Shown here one piece after another: positions 8,809-17,353 of a stretch of 32,556 nt of DNA. Location of the stretch: sequence record SRR31156797_1349; one strand, 5' to 3'. Under the pieces are notes generated by a model, which saw only the letters and a list, made by a program, of their open reading frames with translations, had not been told where the DNA came from and did not search any database. The position numbers and the translations under genes are program-made. Position 1 is the stretch's first letter, and every line of letters starts with the position of its first letter.

Positions 8809-9558
8809 TTACCATTTTGATCGGCCGGGTGGCATGTAGAAAAATTCGACCCTGCGATTTATACGTCTGTTTTCCTCTGAAGTGCTTGGAAGAATGGGTT
8901 TGGCACTGGCGTAGCCAACCGCTTTCATACGGTTTGCTGGAATCTTGGAATGTTCAAGGATATACCGAAGACATCGTGCGGCTCGGGCTGCGGACAACTC
9001 CCAGTTGGATCTGTATATTTTCGATTCAACTCGCTCTCCATCCGTATGCCCTCGAATGACAAGATTAAAATCTGTCCCTTCCATGGCATCAATAACCACC
9101 AAAAGGCCTTTCTTAGCCTCATCTGTCAGATCTGCCGAACCTTTGCTGAACATGGCCTGATTGCTCAAGCGAAGCATAACCCCTGACTTATTACTACTCA
9201 CGCGAGCCATATGCGCCAAATCTTTTGCCCGGATGCTTTTCTTGATACGTGCACCGAGTTCAACAATCTGTCTGTTTTCACGAACACTCTTACGTTCAGA
9301 AAAGCTTGTATCGGCATAGGGAACCGCCGTTGCACCAGCTTCATCAAACTGCACGCCCAAAGCTTCCTGAATGGATCCAATCATCTTTTTAAAATTGGTA
9401 ACATCAGTGTTGGTAAATGACAAAAGAAGCACGAAAAAGCACAACAATAAAGTAACCATGTCGGCAAATGTAGCCATCCACGGTGGAATACCTTCATCAG
9501 GCTTGGGCGGATCAGATTTTACGCCACCCTGCTGTTCCATTGTTTCCTGTTCAGCCAT
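8809..9558 (-). CDS. motB: Flagellar stator B subunit (MotB/PomB family), copy 2
   Basis: PPWMATFADMVTLLLCFFVLLLSF TM with conserved Asp; OmpA-like domain RGHTD, SNWELSAARA, NRRVEF. Confidence 0.92.
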   Translation of the reverse strand: MAEQETMEQQGGVKSDPPKPDEGIPPWMATFADMVTLLLCFFVLLLSFTNTDVTNFKKMIGSIQEALGVQFDEAGATAVPYADTSFSERKSVRENRQIVELGARIKKSIRAKDLAHMARVSSNKSGVMLRLSNQAMFSKGSADLTDEAKKGLLVVIDAMEGTDFNLVIRGHTDGERVESKIYRSNWELSAARAARCLRYILEHSKIPANRMKAVGYASAKPILPSTSEENRRINRRVEFFYMPPGRSKW

Positions 9559-9567
9559 AACCTTGTT

Positions 9568-10332
9568 TTACCACGCATCCCGTTGAGGCATATGAAGATA
9601 AAATTCAACTCGTTGATTTTTCAGTCGATCCGCGTCAGAATCATTAGGGACTGCCGGACGGGTATCTGCATAGCCAACAGCTTTAGCCCTGTTGATCTCA
9701 ATCCCCCCCTCATCAATAAGATAATTCAAGGCCATGGCCGCTCGGGCAGCTGATAATTCCCAATTGGACGGATATCTCCGAGAAGAAACCGGTTTATCAT
9801 CAGTATGTCCACGCACAACTATATTCAACTTGTAGTCCTTAAGAACTTTCACAACCTTATCAAGAATTCTTTTGGCACCATCTGCCAAATCAGCAGTACC
9901 AGGAACAAAAAGAGCTGCGGAATTAGCGCTGAAAACTACGCCATCTCTATCCGCCGTCACTCCCATCCCTTCTTTCAGCTTGATATCTTCATCTTCAATC
10001 AAAGACTTGATCCGCATAACTACGCCAAGAAGCAGTCGCTCGTCATGAGATATCTTGGCCGCCATGTCCTTGGCTGTTTTACTCGTATTGAATTGAGCCA
10101 TATCCTCTGAAACAGCCCGAACTTGTTTAGCCCCAAAGGCTCCCTTAATTGAGCCCAAAGCATCACGATACTTCTGCTCGCTTTGTTCGGCAAAAGACAG
10201 CAACAATACGAAAAAACACAAAAGGAGTGTCATCATGTCGGCAAACGTTGCCATCCATGGAGGTAACCCCTCGTCGACCGGTGGATCATCCGGGGGTCTT
10301 CTCTTGACGAGTTCTTCTGCTTGTTTAGCCAC
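9568..10332 (-). CDS. motB: Flagellar stator B subunit (MotB/PomB family), copy 1
   Basis: PPWMATFADMMTLLLCFFVLLLSF, RGHTDD, SNWELSAARA, NQRVEF; GTG start with GGAGG RBS. Confidence 0.92.
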   Translation of the reverse strand: MAKQAEELVKRRPPDDPPVDEGLPPWMATFADMMTLLLCFFVLLLSFAEQSEQKYRDALGSIKGAFGAKQVRAVSEDMAQFNTSKTAKDMAAKISHDERLLLGVVMRIKSLIEDEDIKLKEGMGVTADRDGVVFSANSAALFVPGTADLADGAKRILDKVVKVLKDYKLNIVVRGHTDDKPVSSRRYPSNWELSAARAAMALNYLIDEGGIEINRAKAVGYADTRPAVPNDSDADRLKNQRVEFYLHMPQRDAW

Positions 10333-10356
10333 GCAACCTCCGAATCACGCAGGGAA

Positions 10357-11112
10357 TTACGCGCTTTCCTCTCGCAGTGCGGGAGACAGGAAGGCTTGGA
10401 GTTTTTCCTTGACCACAGAAGGATGATCGCCGCGTTGCAGGGAAGAAACGCCTTCAATCATGATCTGCATGAACAAGACATCTTCGGTGGACCTTTCCTC
10501 CAGCTTGGTGGCCATGGGAAGAAACATGCAGTTGGCCATAACTGCTCCATAAAAGGTAGTGAGAAGTGCGACGGCCATAGCAGGCCCAATGGACGAAGGG
10601 TCTGATAGATTGGAAAGCATATTAACCAAACCGATCAACGTGCCAATCATGCCAAACGCCGGAGCCATGGTGCCCATTCCCTTGAAAACAGCCTGTCCCT
10701 GTCTATGGCGTTGTTTCATGAATTCCAATTCGATCTCCATAACGGATCGAACCAGGCCTTCACTGGAGCCGTCCACAACAAGCATGACACCTTTCTTGAG
10801 GAACGGATCATCAATAGCGACTTTCTCCAAAGCGATAATGCTCTCTTTACGGGCCGTGTCTGCCAACCCAGTAATGAGGCGAATAATCTCAAGAGGATCA
10901 TTCGACTTAAAGAGCAATGTTTTCATGCCGACCTTAATAGCATTGATAACAACACCAAGAGGAAACATAACAAAAGTAACGGCAAACGTTCCGCCAATTA
11001 CAACGACCACCGATGGGATATCGATGAATCCGGCAGCATTTCCACCCATAAAGATGGTTGTCACCACAAGTCCAAACGCACCGGCCAAACCTATTAAAGT
11101 TGCAATATCCAT
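10357..11112 (-). CDS. motA: Flagellar stator A subunit (MotA/PomA family)
   Basis: MDIATLIG, APAFGMIGTLIGLV, IGPAMAVALLTTFYG; directly upstream of two motB genes. Confidence 0.93.
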   Translation of the reverse strand: MDIATLIGLAGAFGLVVTTIFMGGNAAGFIDIPSVVVVIGGTFAVTFVMFPLGVVINAIKVGMKTLLFKSNDPLEIIRLITGLADTARKESIIALEKVAIDDPFLKKGVMLVVDGSSEGLVRSVMEIELEFMKQRHRQGQAVFKGMGTMAPAFGMIGTLIGLVNMLSNLSDPSSIGPAMAVALLTTFYGAVMANCMFLPMATKLEERSTEDVLFMQIMIEGVSSLQRGDHPSVVKEKLQAFLSPALREESA

Positions 11113-11115
11113 ATG

Positions 11116-12231
11116 TTATCTTTTAATTTTTTCGGTGGAAGCACCGATTTTCACTTCATCATTTTCATAATAAAAATATACATCTTCCAAAAAATCATCC
11201 ACTTTCAAAAAAGCTGACCCGATACTTATCTCAACACCAGGTTTTACAACTCCTGGAACCAAAACCTTACACTCGTCTAGTCGCTCTGTAGCGTATATGC
11301 CATCCCACAATTTAACCTTCAACGCCTTCAACAAATCCAATTCCGTAATGGCTGATTCCAGCTTGGGTTCATACTCGGCACGAAATTCGTTCCCCTTATT
11401 TAACGCCTTTTCAAATGAAGCTATATCATCGTGAAGGTTCTTGATACGTTCATTATATTTTTCATCTGCATGCAACAGTGTTGGCTTATACCCCATAACC
11501 AGAGACGTATCCGTATCCAACCCGCCTCCAAGCTGTCCGCCAACATAAATATACTCATATGCACAGACATTTCCGCCAGTAAGTCTGCCACCAACAGCCA
11601 AACGCTTTCCAGCATAGACATTGCTATGCATAAGCGCTCCCTTAACAAGAATATCGTTCTTCGCCATGAGTGTCGCGTATTCGCAATAAGCGAGCTTCAA
11701 ATCATGGCCGGCTTCCAAGTGAGCGGTTTTACTGCCTTTAACGCCTCCATGACAATTCAGGTTACGGGTCGCTTCAATGAGTGCCCCTTCAACCTGCCCT
11801 GCAATAGTCACTTTTACTCCGCAAACAGCGAACCCTGAACGGACGGACCCCTCAACAGAGATATTACCTACAAAATCAACATTCCCTGTATGATAATCAA
11901 CATCACAATGGACAGTTAAAGTCTGTCTAACGAGAATCTTCCCTTCTTTATAACAGACATACCCATCTACAGCGGCAAACAGTGTATCGGGATATTTCTG
12001 TCTAATACCGGTACCGCGTCCGGCAGGAAACTCTTTCTCATTAAAAACAAATCGGGGATCAACCTCATCCCCATCTTCAATATCAACCCATTCGGCAATG
12101 ATGTCACCTTTTGAAACACTGTTGACGAAATTCAATTCATGATGATCCACACTTCCATCAGCCTGTTCTTCTGGTCTGAGCTTGGAGGGATTCCAATCTG
12201 GATCAAAATGATGTTTCAATAAAAATGGCAT
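11116..12231 (-). CDS. FapA / DUF342 family protein
   Basis: DGSVDHHEL, LFAAVDG, DVDYHTGNVDFVGNISVEGSVRSGF followed by beta-helix repeats and a coiled coil; start uncertain (ATG 12231 vs 12285). Confidence 0.82.
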   Translation of the reverse strand: MPFLLKHHFDPDWNPSKLRPEEQADGSVDHHELNFVNSVSKGDIIAEWVDIEDGDEVDPRFVFNEKEFPAGRGTGIRQKYPDTLFAAVDGYVCYKEGKILVRQTLTVHCDVDYHTGNVDFVGNISVEGSVRSGFAVCGVKVTIAGQVEGALIEATRNLNCHGGVKGSKTAHLEAGHDLKLAYCEYATLMAKNDILVKGALMHSNVYAGKRLAVGGRLTGGNVCAYEYIYVGGQLGGGLDTDTSLVMGYKPTLLHADEKYNERIKNLHDDIASFEKALNKGNEFRAEYEPKLESAITELDLLKALKVKLWDGIYATERLDECKVLVPGVVKPGVEISIGSAFLKVDDFLEDVYFYYENDEVKIGASTEKIKR

Positions 12232-12337
12232 GAATACTCTGGGGTGACACTCTTGGGTTATCTTATGAAAAAGCCTGACTGACAAACAATTTTGTCAAAC
12301 AAACCGTCTGATATTTCATGGTTTTTGATTTATAGGA

Positions 12338-12366
12338 ACCATATTCAAAATTTGTATCAGCGTCAA
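12338..12366 (-). promoter_or_regulatory. Putative sigma70 promoter for fapA-motA-motB-motB
   Basis: Minus strand TTGACG-N17-TATGGT. Confidence 0.5.
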
Positions 12367-12424
12367 CGGCTATTGCCTAACTGTTGGGACACAACGCTTT
12401 ACGAAGAACATAAAATTTTCTCTC

Positions 12425-12451
12425 TAAAGATAACGCTATTTCTGCCGATAA
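12425..12451 (+). promoter_or_regulatory. Sigma28 (FliA) promoter of flaG
   Basis: Consensus TAAA-N15-GCCGATAA upstream of a flagellar gene. Confidence 0.85.
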
Positions 12452-12509
12452 TATACGTAAGAGGCAAGTTAGGTTGGGATGATTCGTGTAACTACCAGGG
12501 AGGGAGACC

Positions 12510-12899
12510 ATGAATATCCCCGAAGTAAGTATTATGAAGCAGGAATTACGTTCGGAGAACGTAGCTTCGGCGAAGGCAGTGGATAAGCCGCCAGCACAGG
12601 ATGAAAAGACTGAAGTACGAATTGACGCGGTTAATAGTACCGACAATTCTGATGCGGATAAGCAGTCCAACACCCACTCCAGGGATGAACTCAAAGCACT
12701 CATTGCCGAGGCTGAAAAACATCTCGAAGCAAATGACGTCAAACTGAAATTCAACATCCTTGAAGAAGATGACACTGTACAAGTCGAAATCATTGATTCC
12801 GACGGCAAGACTATTCGTAAAATCCCGGACGACGATTTAGTTAAATTAAATCAATCGCTCAAGAATTTCGGACAGGGATTTCTCGACACGGTGTCATAA
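12510..12899 (+). CDS. flaG: Flagellar protein FlaG
   Basis: C-terminal LKFNILEEDDTVQVEIIDSDGKTIRKIP...GFLDTVS matches the FlaG pattern; GGGAGGGAG RBS; sigma28 promoter. Confidence 0.88.
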   Translation: MNIPEVSIMKQELRSENVASAKAVDKPPAQDEKTEVRIDAVNSTDNSDADKQSNTHSRDELKALIAEAEKHLEANDVKLKFNILEEDDTVQVEIIDSDGKTIRKIPDDDLVKLNQSLKNFGQGFLDTVS

Positions 12900-12925
12900 G
12901 TTCTAAAGACTGAAGCCAAGATCTC

Positions 12926-12950
12926 GCGCCCCGCCGAATGGTAGGGGCGC
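12926..12950 (+). terminator. GC-rich hairpin after flaG (possible weak terminator or stability element)
   Basis: GCGCCCCGCC-gaat-GGTAGGGGCGC; the U-rich tract starts about 8 nt later. Confidence 0.45.
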
Positions 12951-12977
12951 CTATGGCGTTTCCTTTTTCTAACGAAC

Positions 12978-13006
12978 TTGCAAAGGTCAAATGGCTAGGG
13001 CATAAT
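12978..13006 (+). promoter_or_regulatory. Putative sigma70 promoter of the 97-aa ORF
   Basis: TTGCAA-N17-CATAAT. Confidence 0.55.
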
Positions 13007-13040
13007 CAGGACAAGGAATTCCATCACAACGGAGGCTTCC

Positions 13041-13334
13041 ATGTCCGATATAAGCATTTCAACTGACACAGTGCAGTCCATTGCCATGGACAATATTTTG
13101 TCAGGCCCCGAATCTGTCGCAGAGGAAAGCAGTATAATAGCTTCCGGCATGAACCCAAGAGGCATGGATTCCATGGAACAAGCCGTAGCCGGCTTGGAAG
13201 TTGCGTCCAGAACAGAAGAATTTTTGGGATCTGGAACAGATTTCAGTTCAACCGGAACAGATGTTGACATTCAACAAGCCGTCAACTCCACGTTAGACAC
13301 AGGCGTTGGAAGTATTACAGATAAAATAGCCTGA
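13041..13334 (+). CDS. Small acidic Ser/Thr-rich hypothetical protein (97 aa)
   Basis: GGAGG RBS 5 nt before the ATG, own promoter-like sequence and downstream terminator; ends TGVGSITDKIA. Confidence 0.75.
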   Translation: MSDISISTDTVQSIAMDNILSGPESVAEESSIIASGMNPRGMDSMEQAVAGLEVASRTEEFLGSGTDFSSTGTDVDIQQAVNSTLDTGVGSITDKIA

Positions 13335-13352
13335 TAATCATAATATTTGCTT

Positions 13353-13388
13353 AAAAAAAGGCCCCTGTCTCTGGACAGGGGCCTTTTT
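13353..13388. terminator. Bidirectional intrinsic terminator between the 97-aa ORF and ppsA
   Basis: AAAAAAAGGCCCCTGTC-tctg-GACAGGGGCCTTTTT. Confidence 0.88.
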
Positions 13389-13410
13389 ATTTTCATTTAA
13401 TCAATCTTTA

Positions 13411-16400
13411 TTACCACTGCTTTTTGCGTTGTTCCTCAAGAGCAGCCTCTTGCTCATCAAAGGACTCAAAACCAGCATGACGCATAGCGTCCGTAACAGT
13501 GTGATGCCAATCCCAGCTTGCATAGATAACCGGCTTGTGAAACACAGCCCGGAACTGCTCCATCTCCTGACGATAAAACTCTTCTTTGGGAGTTTCAATG
13601 TGATCTCGCAGTTGTTCGCCGAAGCGATCCAGTTCACCTTCATACCATTCCATGAAGTCTTCAGGGGACTTGTACTTCTTCAAAATGTGCCCGTAGCTGT
13701 TCGCTTCAAGCAAGTCCTGAAGATTACTCATATGTTGTTTCTTAAGCCAGGCACCCAAGTCTCGGGTCTTGATATTTTCGGATTCGATAGCGGCCATTTC
13801 GACTTTGGTCTGACGATAAGTATCAGGAACCACTGAAGCCGAAACAATACCAGCAATAGCAACCAATCCTCGCAGAATAACGCTATTGGATACACCTTGT
13901 CCGCAAAAACCAACCTTTTTGCCAAATTTCTGACCAGCAAAAATGGCAGATAATATGGCCCAGACAACGGCGGGATCTTCTTCATCATAGATATGTTGCA
14001 AACTCGCATTATCACGATCAGTGGCCAGCACCATCTGCGTCATATCATTTGAACCAATGGAAAATCCATCAACTTCTTTGAGGAATTCTTTGCAAAGCAC
14101 TGCATTACTCGGAATCTCCGCCATCAGGATAACCTTGAGTTCATCCTTGCCTGATTCCAGATTGTGCACCTGCTTGAGATACCGCTTCATGGAGCGGGCT
14201 TCTTCCAAAGTACGAACAAACGGGAACATGATGGACAGATTTTTACTGCCGTAGATGCCTCGTGCAAGTTTGAAGGCTTCCAATTCCCAATCATGAATAT
14301 TTCTGGATACACCACGATAACCGATCATGGGATTATCTTCATGAGCCTCGAACAACAAACCTCCGAGCAGGTTCCTGTATTCATTGGATTTAAAATCAGT
14401 GGTTCGGTAAACTATATTACTACCATAAAAAGCCATGGCAAAAAGAGCCAAGCCTTGCGACAGAGTCTGAATGTAGTTTTCCTTACCGGTGGTATAGCCT
14501 CGGGTTTCAAGAAGACGACGAATACGGTCAGGCAATGTTGCCACCTCGTCCATCTCGGACTTGAGTCCCATCTTGAGGGCTACTTCCTCACGCAGACTGA
14601 TAATTTTATCGAGATAGGCGCCAAATTCAGGCTCATCCTTCAACCGCTCAACATACTCAGCTACTGTCTTCTCATGCTGCTGGCGTATGGCCCAGGCTTC
14701 AGACCTGATCTCAGGCATGCTTTCCAACATATCATGATACCCAAGAACAACGGCTACGTGAGCTTCGGCATCAATAGAAGTCTTCAAGATATCAAGACGT
14801 TCTGTTGCCAAGGCAATATGATCGTCCAACTTATGATCCATCTCGCGGAGGCGGCGATGCATGGCCAAAACTTCGTCCGTACTGCGTGCACTTTCCTGCT
14901 CAGCCAAGGATTCCATTTGGGAAGTCAAGCCAGTGATGAGACCAACATATTCGCGAAGTTTAAGCGGCATGGTAATCAAACCTGACGCAAGCTGTTCTTT
15001 CATGACCTTGGTCAGTCGCATATCCATCTGCTGGATTTTTTCTTCCACCAAATCATTCAGAACATCTTTATCATAAGCTTCTAGAGCCATAGGATGGACA
15101 CCAATATTACCGAGCATAAACTCGGCACGAAGCAACCCGATTTCGAAATCAGGCACATCACGAAGGCGAGACAGGAACAAAGCCTGACCCACATCAGCCA
15201 AAATCAGGCCGACCTTCGTCTTGGTGGCAGGGAGTTCAGCGACATTAATCTCGCCACCCACTTCTACCAATGGCAATTCTCCGCGATAAACCTTGCCCCG
15301 GGACCCATCGACTGTAACCTGCTGTCCATCAAGAGACCGTAAGGACTCAAGGCGCTGGATACCGATGATAGCCGGGATACCAAGTTCTCGGGAAGTAATA
15401 GCAGCGTGACTGGTGTCACCACCGACATCAGCGAGAATAGCAGACGCGATACGCATACCGGGAACCATGTCTGGGTCGGTACGCTCGGCAGCCAGTATGT
15501 CGCCTTTATTTATTTTGTTCAGTTCAAGAGCGGAACGCAGGTACTTGACCGTCCCCTGTCCTGCTCCACGGGAAGCACCGTTACCCTCAAGGATGACTTC
15601 AGCCGAAGCAATGGCCTTCTTGTCAACTTCAAGACGACGCATGAAAATCGTATTGGGATGCTGCTCAATGTCCTCATTCCACCGAGTTTCAGGACGAGCC
15701 TGAACAAACCAAAGTCGATCAGACTTGTCGATGCAGAATTCGGAATCCATGATCATGCCGCCGTACGCCTTGGAAATAGCACGCACACCTTGCGCCACCA
15801 TCTCGGCTTGAGCAATGGAAAGAGCCCAGCGATAAACTTCATTATCAGGCACCTTAACTACTTGAGTACCGCTGCCATCTTCCTTGTAAACAATTTTCTT
15901 TTCTTTGCAGCCCATATAGCGAATGACAACTTCACGGCCCCCATCACGCTGGAATACATAAAATTTATCAGGAGTAACCATGCCACCGACAACAGCCTCG
16001 CCCAAACCATAACTGGCATCAATGGACACCAAATCATTCCGATCGGTACCGCGGCAACCAGTCGCAGTATCTGCACTGAATGCAGTACCGGAGATGACGG
16101 GGTTAATCATGCGCATGATACACACGGACAAGGAAGTATGCTCAATGGCCCACTCTTTCTTAGCGAGTTCTGCGATAGCAACATCACCAGTCTCTTCTGC
16201 CTTGGTGATGGCATCAAGAATGGCCTCGCGGCGATAAGTCATGGAGCGAAGGTTGTATGCGGAAGCACAATCCCAATGGTATGCTTCGAGACACTCATCA
16301 GCACCAACAATATTAAGATAGGTGTCTTGCAATCCGGCAAAGGCCTTCTTGCGGCTATCTTCACCGGCAGCGGAAGAACGCACGGCAACAGGAACATCAT

Positions 16401-16992
16401 CCAAACCGGCTTCTTTACATATAGAATCATATGCGCCCATGACTTCCTTGCCGATCTTGGCAGGAATCTCAACGGACAAAATAGCGGACTGAACCAAAAC
16501 CGAACGCATGCGGAGTTGGTCAATACCTTCAGGAGAAGTCGCAAACCCTTCAACAACGTTATTGATAAAGGTGCGCAGTTTGATAGGGGTGCCTGACTGC
16601 TTTTCAGACTGTTCACGAACTTTCTTGCCTACATCGCGCACAAACTGCTGCAAATATTCGGAGTCTTCGTTAACTTCGTCGGAGGTCCAGTCAACCTTGT
16701 TGTACTCTTTGTCCACAGTAGCACGAACAACAGCAGCATTGACCTTGGTCTCATCAAGAATATGATGAAAAACATGCGACGAAATTGCCCGAAATTCGGG
16801 AGCCCTGATTCCTGCAACCTGACTGATGATGGCGGTGTTGTAGTTCTTTCCGCCTACGAGAAGTTCGGCCTCTTCACCGATCTTCTTGATGTCAGCCCCA
16901 TTCAGGACCAACTTCTGTTGGAGACTCTCAGTTTTCGCCCCGGCTTTGCTGGCAGATGCCTTTTCGGCGGGCTTTTTCTGGGTCTTGGCCAT
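13411..16992 (-). CDS. ppsA: Phosphoenolpyruvate synthase (pyruvate, water dikinase), enlarged form
   Basis: VGGKN, VAVRSSAAGED, FAGLQDTYLN, VQARPET, phospho-His GDTSHAAITSRELG, GLLRAEF, EDNPMIGYRG, DGFSIGSND, CGQG; GGAGG RBS favours ATG 16992. Confidence 0.93.
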   Translation of the reverse strand: MAKTQKKPAEKASASKAGAKTESLQQKLVLNGADIKKIGEEAELLVGGKNYNTAIISQVAGIRAPEFRAISSHVFHHILDETKVNAAVVRATVDKEYNKVDWTSDEVNEDSEYLQQFVRDVGKKVREQSEKQSGTPIKLRTFINNVVEGFATSPEGIDQLRMRSVLVQSAILSVEIPAKIGKEVMGAYDSICKEAGLDDVPVAVRSSAAGEDSRKKAFAGLQDTYLNIVGADECLEAYHWDCASAYNLRSMTYRREAILDAITKAEETGDVAIAELAKKEWAIEHTSLSVCIMRMINPVISGTAFSADTATGCRGTDRNDLVSIDASYGLGEAVVGGMVTPDKFYVFQRDGGREVVIRYMGCKEKKIVYKEDGSGTQVVKVPDNEVYRWALSIAQAEMVAQGVRAISKAYGGMIMDSEFCIDKSDRLWFVQARPETRWNEDIEQHPNTIFMRRLEVDKKAIASAEVILEGNGASRGAGQGTVKYLRSALELNKINKGDILAAERTDPDMVPGMRIASAILADVGGDTSHAAITSRELGIPAIIGIQRLESLRSLDGQQVTVDGSRGKVYRGELPLVEVGGEINVAELPATKTKVGLILADVGQALFLSRLRDVPDFEIGLLRAEFMLGNIGVHPMALEAYDKDVLNDLVEEKIQQMDMRLTKVMKEQLASGLITMPLKLREYVGLITGLTSQMESLAEQESARSTDEVLAMHRRLREMDHKLDDHIALATERLDILKTSIDAEAHVAVVLGYHDMLESMPEIRSEAWAIRQQHEKTVAEYVERLKDEPEFGAYLDKIISLREEVALKMGLKSEMDEVATLPDRIRRLLETRGYTTGKENYIQTLSQGLALFAMAFYGSNIVYRTTDFKSNEYRNLLGGLLFEAHEDNPMIGYRGVSRNIHDWELEAFKLARGIYGSKNLSIMFPFVRTLEEARSMKRYLKQVHNLESGKDELKVILMAEIPSNAVLCKEFLKEVDGFSIGSNDMTQMVLATDRDNASLQHIYDEEDPAVVWAILSAIFAGQKFGKKVGFCGQGVSNSVILRGLVAIAGIVSASVVPDTYRQTKVEMAAIESENIKTRDLGAWLKKQHMSNLQDLLEANSYGHILKKYKSPEDFMEWYEGELDRFGEQLRDHIETPKEEFYRQEMEQFRAVFHKPVIYASWDWHHTVTDAMRHAGFESFDEQEAALEEQRKKQW

Positions 16993-17238
16993 CACTTCCT
17001 CCTGGAAAGTCCCTGCGATAAATGGAAAAGATTCTCTCTCCGCTCCATGATATCCGACTTTCTACTATTTTAGATTTATACTAAAAAGAACAATCAAGAC
17101 TTGAGCTTCGAGTTCTCGCTTACAGGGTATCAGACCTGTTCGTCAATGAAACTATTGGTTGGACCATTAAACCAAAAAACCACGCATTCAATGCCATTTT
17201 ACAGTATACAAACGACAAAATACCATAACCTGACAATC

Positions 17239-17278
17239 AAAAAAACAAGGCTGACGCGTAGTTACTACGCGTCAGCCT
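17239..17278 (-). terminator. Intrinsic terminator downstream of pyc
   Basis: Perfect 14-bp inverted repeat AGGCTGACGCGTAG-tta-CTACGCGTCAGCCT (17248-17278) followed on the minus strand by TGTTTTTTT. Confidence 0.85.
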
Positions 17279-17353
17279 GTAAATCATCACAAAGCCCTTT
17301 TGGTCGAGCTTATATTTTAAAACTGAACCAATTTGTCATAGCTGACAATTTTT

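Noticed and set aside
12904..12940. Second sigma28 promoter (TAAAG...GCCGAATG) after flaG
   Set aside because: The spacing is far from 15 nt, and the GCCGAA lies within a GC hairpin.
15406..16596. 396-aa plus-strand ORF, and similar long antisense ORFs (10559-11170, 14164-14985, 20372-21085, 29002-29826, 30799-31449)
   Set aside because: They lie opposite well-supported genes, have no recognisable motifs, and are explained by codon bias of the real genes.
17074..17087. 14-mer ATTTATACTAAAAA shared with the cheW upstream region (about 32373)
   Set aside because: Low-complexity AT-rich sequence, best explained as a -10-like element or chance.
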